This document shows, piece by piece, positions 25,123 to 33,644 of a stretch of DNA of 58,460 nucleotides. The DNA is from an uncultured Planctomycetaceae bacterium (GTDB lineage: Bacteria; Planctomycetota; Phycisphaerae; UBA1845; UTPLA1), in assembly GCA_964581285.1 (NCBI GenBank), contig CAZONT010000001.1, positions 1,450 to 59,909 of the forward strand. Direction: 5' to 3'. A program made the position numbers and the translations under genes. Each line of letters begins with the position of its first letter. The stretch's first letter is position 1. The notes beneath the pieces are model-generated. The model had not been told where the DNA came from, did no database searches, and saw only the letters and a program-made list of their open reading frames with translations.

Positions 25123-26649
25123 ATGCACGGACGGACCCGGGTATTCATCGGATGGATCGGATCAATTCTCTTAGTCACTTCGGCACTGGCCCAGACAACA
25201 TCGCCACCTGAAACCCCCACCGCACCCGCGGCGGGCGGAGTCGCTCCAGCGGAGCCGGCGAACACGACGCCTGCGGAACCTGCGGCGACCGACAAGCCGG
25301 CGGAGCCCGCGGCGACGGGCAGCGATACGGCCAAGTATCCCTACGAGGGCGAGGTATCGGGCGACAATGTTTACGTCCGAAGCGGGGCGGGCGTTAACTG
25401 GTACCCGACTACCAAGCTCGGGCGCGGCACCATGGTTCGCGTCATGGGGGCGCAGTCCGGATGGTTGCGGATCGTTCCGCCGCCGGGCAGCTTCAGCTAC
25501 ATCGACGCGTCGGCGGTCGAACGAACGGCTGGAACCGACAAGGCGGTCACGAAAGTTGACGGCGTCTATGTCAAGGCCGGCGGTGACCTGAGCGCGCGCA
25601 AGACCGCGGCGCAACAGATTCTGCCGAAGGGGACCGAGGTCACAATCCTTGGCGAGACCGAGGGCTTCCTGAAGATCGTTCCGCCGAGTGGTTCGTACCT
25701 GTACATCAGCGATCAGTTCGTGCAGGCGGTCGGGCCCGAGGGGCCGAAGTTTGCAAGGACAGATTCGGCGAATCGTCCGACTTCGCCGGCGAAGGCAAAG
25801 CCGACCGAATCTTCGCCGGACGGATCATCCGTCGTTGCGTCGGGGACGACGGCCGGAGAGGAGAGTTCGCACACATCCGCGTCGCCATCGACGGCTGCTC
25901 CCAGTGCGCCGGCCGGCAAGCATCGCACGATGCTTGAGTCGGTCGAGGCGGACTTGCGGACGCGACTCGCATCGGACCAGACCGGCGGCTACCAGGAATT
26001 GATCGATCGGTACAAGCCGCTCGCCGAGCAAGACGAGGACCGCGTCGCGCAGGCCGTGGCGAAGGCGCGGCTCGATCAACTTCAATCGCGGGCGGAGTTG
26101 GAACAGATTGTCGCGGACGCACGAAACAAGACGCAGTCAACCGATTCGTTTGTCGAGAAGCTCGGCGAAGATCGTCGACGGATTCAGGATGCCAAGCTGC
26201 CGGCCGAGAAGCGATTCTGGGATTTCAAGGGCGAGCTGCGGCGCAGTCTTGCCTTCAACGAGCTGCCTAACCGCTACCGATTGGCCGATCCGGAGTCGAA
26301 CCGGACGATCGCCTACATTGACGTACCCATTTCGTCCGGGATCGACGCGGCACAGTTTCTGAGCCGGTATGTCGGCATCCGGATTTCGAGCCAGTATTTC
26401 AGCACGGCGGCGAAGGTGACTATCGCGGTCGCAAGCGAGATGGTCGCGTTGCCGTCACCGGTTCCGGGCCAGGGGCAGCCCGGGGTTACGGGCCCGGTGT
26501 CTTTCAACGGCGGTGTTCAGCCGTCGGTTTCGCCGTCCAACCCTCCGCCGACTACCATTACTCCGCCGCCTGCAGCGTCTCCCCGGCCGGCACCCCCGGT
26601 CACCAGCGGCAACGTTGAGTACGTCGAGGCGACGGCACCCGGTCGGTAG
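25123..26649 (+). CDS. Secreted protein with two bacterial SH3-like repeats, coiled-coil middle and Pro-rich tail
   Basis: Signal peptide IGSILLVTSALAQ. Repeats GDNVYVRSGAGVNWYPTTKLGRGTMVRVMG..GWLRIVPP and DGVYVKAGGDLS..GTEVTILGETEGFLKIVPP. Confidence 0.6.
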   Translation: MHGRTRVFIGWIGSILLVTSALAQTTSPPETPTAPAAGGVAPAEPANTTPAEPAATDKPAEPAATGSDTAKYPYEGEVSGDNVYVRSGAGVNWYPTTKLGRGTMVRVMGAQSGWLRIVPPPGSFSYIDASAVERTAGTDKAVTKVDGVYVKAGGDLSARKTAAQQILPKGTEVTILGETEGFLKIVPPSGSYLYISDQFVQAVGPEGPKFARTDSANRPTSPAKAKPTESSPDGSSVVASGTTAGEESSHTSASPSTAAPSAPAGKHRTMLESVEADLRTRLASDQTGGYQELIDRYKPLAEQDEDRVAQAVAKARLDQLQSRAELEQIVADARNKTQSTDSFVEKLGEDRRRIQDAKLPAEKRFWDFKGELRRSLAFNELPNRYRLADPESNRTIAYIDVPISSGIDAAQFLSRYVGIRISSQYFSTAAKVTIAVASEMVALPSPVPGQGQPGVTGPVSFNGGVQPSVSPSNPPPTTITPPPAASPRPAPPVTSGNVEYVEATAPGR

Positions 26650-26732
26650 CCGGCCCCGACGTAAGGGGGGCGCCCGTTGACCGGCGCAGCGCCCAGGGTC
26701 GAACGAAGCGACAATGGCGGCCGGAGGTCTGC

Positions 26733-27245
26733 ATGAAGAGCTTTCTGGTCGTCGCCGCAGACGGCAAACGATACGGACCGGCCGACGTGCCGACGCTGTT
26801 GCGTTGGATCCAAGAGGGGCGGCTGGTAGCGGGGACCGTGCTGGTCGATACGGAGAGCGGTGCGCAACAGAGCGCGTCGTCGGTGGGCGAGTTGCGCATG
26901 GCGTTCTTCGAGGCGTCGCCCGCACGACCGGCAGCGATCGATGCACTCCAGGCGACTCGGACGGCGTATCAACCTGCCGCTCCGGCCACGACGCCGCGGG
27001 CCGTTCCTGTCTCTCCGCTGGGAGTCGAGGTCAGCACGAAGAGCAAGGTCGTCGCCGGGTTGCTTGGGATTTTTCTGGGTGCGTGCGGGGCGCACCGGTT
27101 CTACCTGGGTTTTCCCGGCATCGGGATCATCATGATCCTGTCAAATTTCGCGTGTGGGATCGGCGTGATCTGGGGATTTGTCGAGGGGATCCTCTGCCTG
27201 GCGGGTGTGATGCGCGACAGCGAGGGTCGCCCGCTTCGCGATTGA
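26733..27245 (+). CDS. GYF_2-like N-terminal domain + C-terminal TM2 domain membrane protein
   Basis: ..DGKRYGPADVPTLLRWIQEGRLVAGTVLVD.. (GYF_2/DUF4339-like). ..AGLLGIFLGACGAHRFYLGFPGIGIIMIL..GVIWGFVEGILCL.. (TM2). Confidence 0.7.
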   Translation: MKSFLVVAADGKRYGPADVPTLLRWIQEGRLVAGTVLVDTESGAQQSASSVGELRMAFFEASPARPAAIDALQATRTAYQPAAPATTPRAVPVSPLGVEVSTKSKVVAGLLGIFLGACGAHRFYLGFPGIGIIMILSNFACGIGVIWGFVEGILCLAGVMRDSEGRPLRD

Positions 27246-27249
27246 TCCG

Positions 27250-29880
27250 TTACTTGCGACACTTATCGGCGAGCTCGAGCAGTCGCTCCTTCCACGGCGA
27301 TCCGCCGAGGTCGGGATGCCAGGCCCGCTCTGAATCGATGCCTCGTACGACCTCGTCACTGCGGCCGGCGTCGAGCTGCCATCGCAGCCAGTAGTAGCGC
27401 GCTTCCCAGTAGCAATCCGGCGACGTGTCACGCAGGGTGCGGTCTTCGAGCAGGCGGGCCCAGGCCTTTTCGGCGTCGCTGCGCTGGGCCGGCGTGGCCG
27501 TGTTCGAACGGGCAACCTGTTCGAGCGCTGTCGCACGATAACGGAGGTAGGCGTTGTTGCCGGGATGGGAATCGGTCAAGTCCGTGAGCAGCGGTAGAGC
27601 TTCGCTTCCGCGGCCGGCGTTGACGAGCATCCGGGCCATGCTGAACCGCACAATCGACACGTCGGCGGCCCGGGAGGGATCGGCCGTGATTGCGTCGAGG
27701 AGGCGTTGGACGATCGGCAGACTCTCGACGGCGAGGCGCCGTGCTTCGTCCGCGCGGCCGGCCAGCGAGCGCTGATCGACTTCGGCTTCCAATTCGGCCG
27801 CGGCAGCCACCAATCCGGCACCCGGCTCCATCGACTTTGCGTGATCCAGCAGGGCACGCGATGTCGCGTCGCCCGCGTCGTACTGTTTGAGTTCGCGGTG
27901 ACAGCGCAGGCGGATTGAAATTACCCGAACGACAATTCCGGGGGGGAGGCCTGTCAGATCAAGCGTTGCCAGACGCTTCAGGGCGTCGGCGTGTTGGCGG
28001 AGGCGGGGGCCGGCCATCAGCTCGGCAGAATTAATCGTTGCCTGGGCGAGAAGTTCTCGCTGCTCGGGTGACGAAGCGGCGGGCCGGAGCTGTTCCGCCA
28101 GATCGTCCCATTCGCGGACGAGCGCGCCGACGGTACGAGCGGCGTCGGCGGTCGAAAGTGTGGCGTCGCGCTGTTGCCATGCTGCCTGCCGGCAGCGGGC
28201 CGCGCCGAAGCGAGCCGCCCAGTATCGCGACGACGTCTTGGGGATTCGGGCGTAAGTCGCCTGGGCCTCATCGGCGCGGCCGGCACGCTCGAAGGCCGCA
28301 CCGGCCCGCAACACGAGTTCCTCGCTTGCGTTCGAGTCTTTTGTCTGGGCTGCGGCCTTGAGACTGATGGTCGCCAGTTCCAGTTCGTCCTCGCGGAGGG
28401 CCGAGGCCGCCACGATCGCACGCCAGGCATCGACCGCGTCCTCGACTGCGCGGCGGGCCAGGCCGGCATCCGACGCCTTGTCCGCCAGTTCGGCGAAAGC
28501 GAGCGCTGCCGGCCGCAGTTGGCCGGTTCTCCTCAGGCATTGAGCAAGCTCGAATCGTGCGGCGTCGCGCTCGGACGGGCTGGCAGCGTCCGGACGGTCG
28601 ATGAAGGCCTGCAACATGGTGGCGGCGCGGGCGTAGTCGCCGGTTGCGGCGAGCCGCCGTCCGAGCGCCAGCCGCTCGGTGGGAGACAGCGTCGCCGGGT
28701 TCGCATCGGCGGGGACGACCTGATTGAGGTAGACGTCGATGACGGCGGACCACGTTCCGCCGCGAGCGCGCTGAGCCATCAACGAGTCGAAGGCCTGCTG
28801 ACGCAGGGCGGCGGCCTGGGGTTCGTCGGACCCCTGCGATTGCAACAAGCGGTTGTACGCGGCCAGGACCGGCGCGAGCTGGAGATAGAAGCCGCCGGCG
28901 GCGGGCAGCTTCGAATCGGCTGTTTCGGCTGCGAGTTCGTCGAAGCTGCGGGCGGCTGCGGCAAAGTCACCGCGTTTCGTTGCCGTACGGCCGAGCTCGT
29001 ACTTCGCACGGGTTCGCAGTTCGCCGCTGGCGTTCGATCGGGTGATGCCCTCAAAGACGGCCAGGGCATCGTCGAGCCGGCTTGATTCACGAAACGCTAT
29101 TCCCGCACCGACGGCCGAACTCAGACGATCGTTCTGGTCGGTGCTTTCGCGTCCCACGCCGTCGAATCGTCGCAGGGCTTCGTTCAGGTCTTCGGCCCGC
29201 CAGGATTCTTTGGGTGAAGTTATCGTCGCGCGATAGACGAGGGCCCATGCGAGATTCAGCGAGCAGCGGCGGGCCACGGGGCCGACGGCGTCGGCGATGC
29301 CTTCCATCAGCAGCGGGTCTTCGTCCCGGGCCAGCAGCGTCGTGAACTCCTTGAGCGACGCATCGGCCTGACGATATTCGCGGATCGCGAGCGAAAGGCG
29401 CTGACCCAAGCGGGGCAGGGGCTGTCGAAGGCCGCTGAGGCGCTCGAATTCGTCCAGGTCGGCAGCGCACTGCTTCCGCAGAATCACGTCGGCCAACTCG
29501 ACGCGCCAACTTGCGATTGCAAACCGACGGCGACCACCGGCGGACCAGGCGGGGTCGTCCTGGACGGACAGGGACTGGCGGTAGGCGGCGACGGATTTCG
29601 AGAGGTCGGCTTCGCGGCGACCCGCATCGGAGTCCGCCTCGGCGGCGCGGGCAAAGGCACGCGCCACGAGAACTTGGTGGGCCGGCGTACCCTGCCGGAC
29701 AACTTCTTCGACGAGTTCGGGCATTCCCTCAGCGACCAGGGCTTCGGCCAGGGCGGCGTCGGCTCCCGGTAGCGCATCGCCGGCCGGACGATCTTGCGCC
29801 TCGGCCAAGGCGCACGTTGAGAACATGCACAGGCAAGCCACCGTTAGCCGTATGTTGTTTGGAAACCGGACGAGTGCCAC
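27250..29880 (-). CDS. Large secreted all-helical TPR-like repeat protein (876 aa)
   Basis: Signal peptide LCMFSTCALAEAQ. Ala/Leu/Arg-rich helical-hairpin periodicity throughout. Last gene of the exbBD operon. Confidence 0.6.
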   Translation of the reverse strand: MALVRFPNNIRLTVACLCMFSTCALAEAQDRPAGDALPGADAALAEALVAEGMPELVEEVVRQGTPAHQVLVARAFARAAEADSDAGRREADLSKSVAAYRQSLSVQDDPAWSAGGRRRFAIASWRVELADVILRKQCAADLDEFERLSGLRQPLPRLGQRLSLAIREYRQADASLKEFTTLLARDEDPLLMEGIADAVGPVARRCSLNLAWALVYRATITSPKESWRAEDLNEALRRFDGVGRESTDQNDRLSSAVGAGIAFRESSRLDDALAVFEGITRSNASGELRTRAKYELGRTATKRGDFAAAARSFDELAAETADSKLPAAGGFYLQLAPVLAAYNRLLQSQGSDEPQAAALRQQAFDSLMAQRARGGTWSAVIDVYLNQVVPADANPATLSPTERLALGRRLAATGDYARAATMLQAFIDRPDAASPSERDAARFELAQCLRRTGQLRPAALAFAELADKASDAGLARRAVEDAVDAWRAIVAASALREDELELATISLKAAAQTKDSNASEELVLRAGAAFERAGRADEAQATYARIPKTSSRYWAARFGAARCRQAAWQQRDATLSTADAARTVGALVREWDDLAEQLRPAASSPEQRELLAQATINSAELMAGPRLRQHADALKRLATLDLTGLPPGIVVRVISIRLRCHRELKQYDAGDATSRALLDHAKSMEPGAGLVAAAAELEAEVDQRSLAGRADEARRLAVESLPIVQRLLDAITADPSRAADVSIVRFSMARMLVNAGRGSEALPLLTDLTDSHPGNNAYLRYRATALEQVARSNTATPAQRSDAEKAWARLLEDRTLRDTSPDCYWEARYYWLRWQLDAGRSDEVVRGIDSERAWHPDLGGSPWKERLLELADKCRK

Positions 29881-29934
29881 CCGAACTCCTTTCGGGCCTG
29901 ATGTACGGACCGCGATCCATCGCGTCTGCCGAGA

Positions 29935-30411
29935 TTATGATCGGCTTGTGGTCGTTGTTCCAGCGACTTCTACGGCGCCAACCGCGAATTGCACGTTTCG
30001 GAACCCGGCGCGGACACAGGCGTCCAGCGTTGAAATCACGAACTGATACCGCACAGCGGGGGCTGCGGCGATGACGATGCGGCCCTGGGGATCAGCCCCC
30101 TGGCTAAGCTTTCGCTTGAGGAAGTCGCTGAGGGCATCGAATGAGTCGCTGGTCATGCCCTGGCCAGTCACCTCAATGCGGCAGCGGTCGGTGGACGTGC
30201 CCGGTGAGAGCGCAATGCGGACGCCGGGTGCAAAGGAAGGGGGGCCGGCGGCAGGTCCTGCGTCGGATGGGAGCCGGGTTGGCAGGACGCCTTCGCTTAT
30301 CGCAAAGCTCGTGCCCATCATGAAGAAGATCAGGATTACCATCACGACGTCAACGAGAGGCGCCAGATTAGGCGTCCCGCTTCGGGGCTGGAATCTCCTG
30401 AACGAGTACAC
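29935..30411 (-). CDS. exbD: ExbD/TolR-family biopolymer transport protein (paralog 2)
   Basis: ..NLAPLVDVVMVILIFFMM.. TM motif plus periplasmic domain. Starts immediately after the previous stop (0-nt gap). Confidence 0.85.
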   Translation of the reverse strand: MYSFRRFQPRSGTPNLAPLVDVVMVILIFFMMGTSFAISEGVLPTRLPSDAGPAAGPPSFAPGVRIALSPGTSTDRCRIEVTGQGMTSDSFDALSDFLKRKLSQGADPQGRIVIAAAPAVRYQFVISTLDACVRAGFRNVQFAVGAVEVAGTTTTSRS

Positions 30412-30849
30412 CTATTGGGCCTCCGGATCGCGGCCGCCCGCGGTTGCGAATGTCACATGGCCGATCCTGGCCCGGCTGCAAAGGAGCAGAATCGGCTCGA
30501 CGTGGCGGTATTCCAGTTGGCGGTCGGCACGGATGTAGCAGGAGACGGCCGGGTCACGAGCGGCCTCGCGATTCAGTCGTTCGCCCAAGTCGGCAATGGA
30601 TAGCGACTGCTCGCCAACGCGATATTCGGGAACGCCGGCCGCGCCGGCGACGTTGACGATGACGCGTCGCTCGGGTGATTTTGCCGCTTCGTGCTTTGCC
30701 GCGCTGGACTGCGGCAGGTCGACCCGCACGCGCTCGCGCTGGGCGAGCCGACCGGTCAGCATGAAGAAGATGATGAGACACATCATCACGTCGACGAGCG
30801 GTGCGAGGTTCAGATCGAACTCGACGGCCCCGCTTCGGCGGAAACGCAT
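30412..30849 (-). CDS. exbD: ExbD/TolR-family biopolymer transport protein (paralog 1)
   Basis: ..DLNLAPLVDVMMCLIIFFML.. plus periplasmic domain. Confidence 0.85.
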   Translation of the reverse strand: MRFRRSGAVEFDLNLAPLVDVMMCLIIFFMLTGRLAQRERVRVDLPQSSAAKHEAAKSPERRVIVNVAGAAGVPEYRVGEQSLSIADLGERLNREAARDPAVSCYIRADRQLEYRHVEPILLLCSRARIGHVTFATAGGRDPEAQ

Positions 30850-30864
30850 GATGGCTGCCCAATC

Positions 30865-31710
30865 CTATCCAATTCGCTCGGTCTTCTTGGGGGCGATGAA
30901 GACGCCCGAGCGCGGCGCAGCATCGGGTTCGACGCGCGGCGGCTTGATTGGCGTCAGACCCGAAGTGCTCGAGATTACCTGGAAGTGCTCGATGAGCTCG
31001 ATGGACTTCGCGGTCGCCTGGGTACTCAGGGAGTCAATGCGGTTGCGGCAGACGCCGTAGAAGCCGAGGGCGAGCACCGCCAGTGCCAGCCCCAGAAACG
31101 TGTTGACCAGTGCGAGTGAAATGCCGCCGGCAAGGTCTTCGGGCTTATAGGTGCCGTGAGTCTCCTGCATCTTGCCGAAGGCGCGGATCATGCCGAGGAC
31201 AGTGCCGAGCAGACCCATGAGCGGACCGAGATTCCCGAGGATGTGGAGGTATTCGGCGCGGCGCTGGAGGCGATTGTTCCAGGCGGAGGCCGCCTCCTCC
31301 GTCGCCTGGCGCATGGCTGCGAAGCCGAGCTTGCCCTGCCGCAGGCCGGCAAGGAGGGACTGGGCGAACATGGTGCGGCTCGTTTGCAACCGCGCGACGC
31401 ACTCCTTGAAGCGGCGGCTTTCGATGAGCTCACGGGCTTCGTCGATCTCGGCGTCCGGCAACATGGTCTTGCGGCGGACGGTCCGAAACTGTTCGACGAT
31501 GATCGCCACGGCGGCGATCGACATGACGGCGATGACAAGGCCGGGCAGTTCGGCGCCGCGCAGCAGGATCTGGAAGAAGCTCGGAGCTGCAGTGTTCCCG
31601 GTCGCGGCCTGTGCGAAGGCCGACTCGACCGCCGTCCCCACGATCAACACCATGATCCCCGCTGCGAAGTCGCGGGATATGCGAAGCGACATGCCGTCTT
31701 TCCGAAACAC
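30865..31710 (-). CDS. exbB: MotA/TolQ/ExbB proton-channel protein with N-terminal signal-like extension
   Basis: ..HILGNLGPLMGLLGTVLGMIRAF..GGISLALVNTFLGLALAV... GTG at 31710 or ATG at 31692. Confidence 0.85.
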   Translation of the reverse strand: MFRKDGMSLRISRDFAAGIMVLIVGTAVESAFAQAATGNTAAPSFFQILLRGAELPGLVIAVMSIAAVAIIVEQFRTVRRKTMLPDAEIDEARELIESRRFKECVARLQTSRTMFAQSLLAGLRQGKLGFAAMRQATEEAASAWNNRLQRRAEYLHILGNLGPLMGLLGTVLGMIRAFGKMQETHGTYKPEDLAGGISLALVNTFLGLALAVLALGFYGVCRNRIDSLSTQATAKSIELIEHFQVISSTSGLTPIKPPRVEPDAAPRSGVFIAPKKTERIG

Positions 31711-31716
31711 GATGCG

Positions 31717-32775
31717 CTACTCGTTTGCGCGGCTTTCAGCGATGTGTTTATACGTGCCGCCGCCAACCTCTGCAATCCGGCGGAGGATGGGGTTGGCGGA
31801 TTCGCCGCCGTCAAATGCGAAGAGAATCGTGTGGACGATCGGTGCGACGGCTTTGGCGCGATGTTGTTGCACCGCCTCGAGCACCTGCGAGTTCTGCTCT
31901 CCGAAGTCGCCGTCCGAAAGCAGGAACAGGACATCTGCATGCAGCGACAACCCCTGCCGTAACGCGTCGAGCGGTTGGGTCCGGCCGCCGGGCGACATGG
32001 CGCGGATCGCGTCAAACGCGCGGCGCTTGTTTTCGGCGGTTGCCGGCAGCAGCGTCGGCGAAAGCGACTGGGCTGGTCCTTCGGAAAACCAGATTACGTC
32101 GAAGCTCTGATGATCGTGCAACGAGCCGATCGCGCGAAGCAATTCGCGTTGAAGAAGGTGAAAGGTGTCGTGCATGGAGCCGGAGCGGTCGAGGACGTAG
32201 ACATACGACGAGGCCTGTTGCCCGGCGCCGACGCCCCACAGGCATCCGACTGCGCCGCCTGACGCCAGTTCGCGTTGTGCCGTGGGCGTACCGCCATTCG
32301 CTGCGCCGCCTCCGCCCGATCCAATGCCGATGATGTCGCTGCGACCCGCGAGTGTTCCCGCGCCGCCGATCGGTCCTTCCGCGCCGGCGACGATGGCCGG
32401 CACAGGCGTGCCGGGGGAGGCAGAGGCGGGCTCCGTGACTTCGCGGAGTCGGGTCATGGAGCGGAGATCGGGGATTTCGGTTTTCCGTGTTGCGATGTCC
32501 GGCGAGGCGGCGTCAGTCGCCGATTCGGTGATGACGCCGACTTCGAACTCGATCGTCCGCTCGGCCGGCGTCGTGCGGCCGCGGAGCATGAGCATTGCAG
32601 CAACGAGCAGAGCAGCGTGAAGCAGTACGCTGGTCACGACGGAAGGCACGCTGGCGACACTCGTGGGGGCCGTGTGGCCGCGCGACCGCAATGCGACTTC
32701 GGCCAGAGCCGCGGCATCCGGACTTGTCTCAGGAGTCGCGGCGGATGCGACGGAGCTTGCAGGGGCCCGCGACAT
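31717..32775 (-). CDS. Membrane-anchored von Willebrand factor A (vWA) protein with TonB/TolA-like SxxxH anchor helix
   Basis: Single TM VVTSVLLHAALLVAAMLML (S-x3-H), ~140-aa Pro/Ala/Gly-rich linker, then a vWA domain with MIDAS residues DRSGS..GGRTQ..LLSDGD. Gene starts 0 nt after the folD stop. Confidence 0.75.
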   Translation of the reverse strand: MSRAPASSVASAATPETSPDAAALAEVALRSRGHTAPTSVASVPSVVTSVLLHAALLVAAMLMLRGRTTPAERTIEFEVGVITESATDAASPDIATRKTEIPDLRSMTRLREVTEPASASPGTPVPAIVAGAEGPIGGAGTLAGRSDIIGIGSGGGGAANGGTPTAQRELASGGAVGCLWGVGAGQQASSYVYVLDRSGSMHDTFHLLQRELLRAIGSLHDHQSFDVIWFSEGPAQSLSPTLLPATAENKRRAFDAIRAMSPGGRTQPLDALRQGLSLHADVLFLLSDGDFGEQNSQVLEAVQQHRAKAVAPIVHTILFAFDGGESANPILRRIAEVGGGTYKHIAESRANE

Positions 32776-33639
32776 TCAGGTCCGAACCTCCCGCGCGGCT
32801 TTTGCGACGTTTGCCATCAGCATGGCGACGGTCAGCGGGCCCACTCCGCCCGGTACCGGCGTGATCCAGCTCGCCACGGACGCCGCTTCGGTGTAGCGCA
32901 CGTCGCCGACGGTTGAGGGGCGGCCGTCCGGACCGCCGATCCGGTTGGTTCCGACGTCGATCACGATCGCGTCGGGCTTGATGTGCTCCGCGCCGATGAG
33001 GCCCGGTCGACCGATGGCAACGGCCAAAACGTCCGCCTGACGCGTCTGCGCTGCGAGATCGCGGGTGCGACTGTGACAGTGCGTCACGGTGGCGTTTGCC
33101 GCCAGCAACATCGCTGCGAGTGGCTTGCCGACGATGTTGCTTCGGCCGACGACGACGGCGTGCTTGCCAGTGAGATCGATGCCTGTTGAACGAATGCACT
33201 CGAAGGCCGCGGCGGCGGTGCAGGGCGGCAACGCATCGCGGCCCATGACGAGGCGTCCGAGGTTGGCCGGGGAGACGCCTTCCACGTCTTTCTCGGGTGC
33301 GATTCGCTGCTGGAGGTCGGCGGGGTCGATAGCGGCCGGCGTCGGCTCGAATACCAGAATGCCGCTGATGTCGGCGTCGTTGTTGAGGGCATCGATCATG
33401 GCGATCGCATGCGCGATGGTCGCGTCGGCCGGTAGTTTCAGTAATCGATGGTCAATACCCAGGCGCGACGCCTCGCGCGCCTGGGCGGCGGCGTAGGAAT
33501 GAGCAGCGGGGTCGTCGCCGATCAGGAGCGCGGCGAGCACGACCGACGATTGCCGGCTCGTCAGTTCGGCCACGTCGCGCATGATGCGCTGCCGGAGATC
33601 GTCTGCGAGTCGCTTGCCATCGATGATCCGAGCAGCCAT
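32776..33639 (-). CDS. folD: Bifunctional 5,10-methylene-tetrahydrofolate dehydrogenase/cyclohydrolase
   Basis: MAARIIDGKRLADDLR.., ..VVGRSNIVGKPLAMLL.., ..ITPVPGGVGPLTVAML.. canonical FolD motifs. Confidence 0.9.
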   Translation of the reverse strand: MAARIIDGKRLADDLRQRIMRDVAELTSRQSSVVLAALLIGDDPAAHSYAAAQAREASRLGIDHRLLKLPADATIAHAIAMIDALNNDADISGILVFEPTPAAIDPADLQQRIAPEKDVEGVSPANLGRLVMGRDALPPCTAAAAFECIRSTGIDLTGKHAVVVGRSNIVGKPLAAMLLAANATVTHCHSRTRDLAAQTRQADVLAVAIGRPGLIGAEHIKPDAIVIDVGTNRIGGPDGRPSTVGDVRYTEAASVASWITPVPGGVGPLTVAMLMANVAKAAREVRT

Positions 33640-33644
33640 GGCGG

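Noticed and set aside
25240-25330. Apparent tandem nucleotide repeat (gcggagccggcg / gcggaacctgcggcg / gcggagcccgcggcg).
   Set aside because: It encodes PAEPA-type low-complexity repeats inside the SH3b-protein CDS. Not a CRISPR or satellite.
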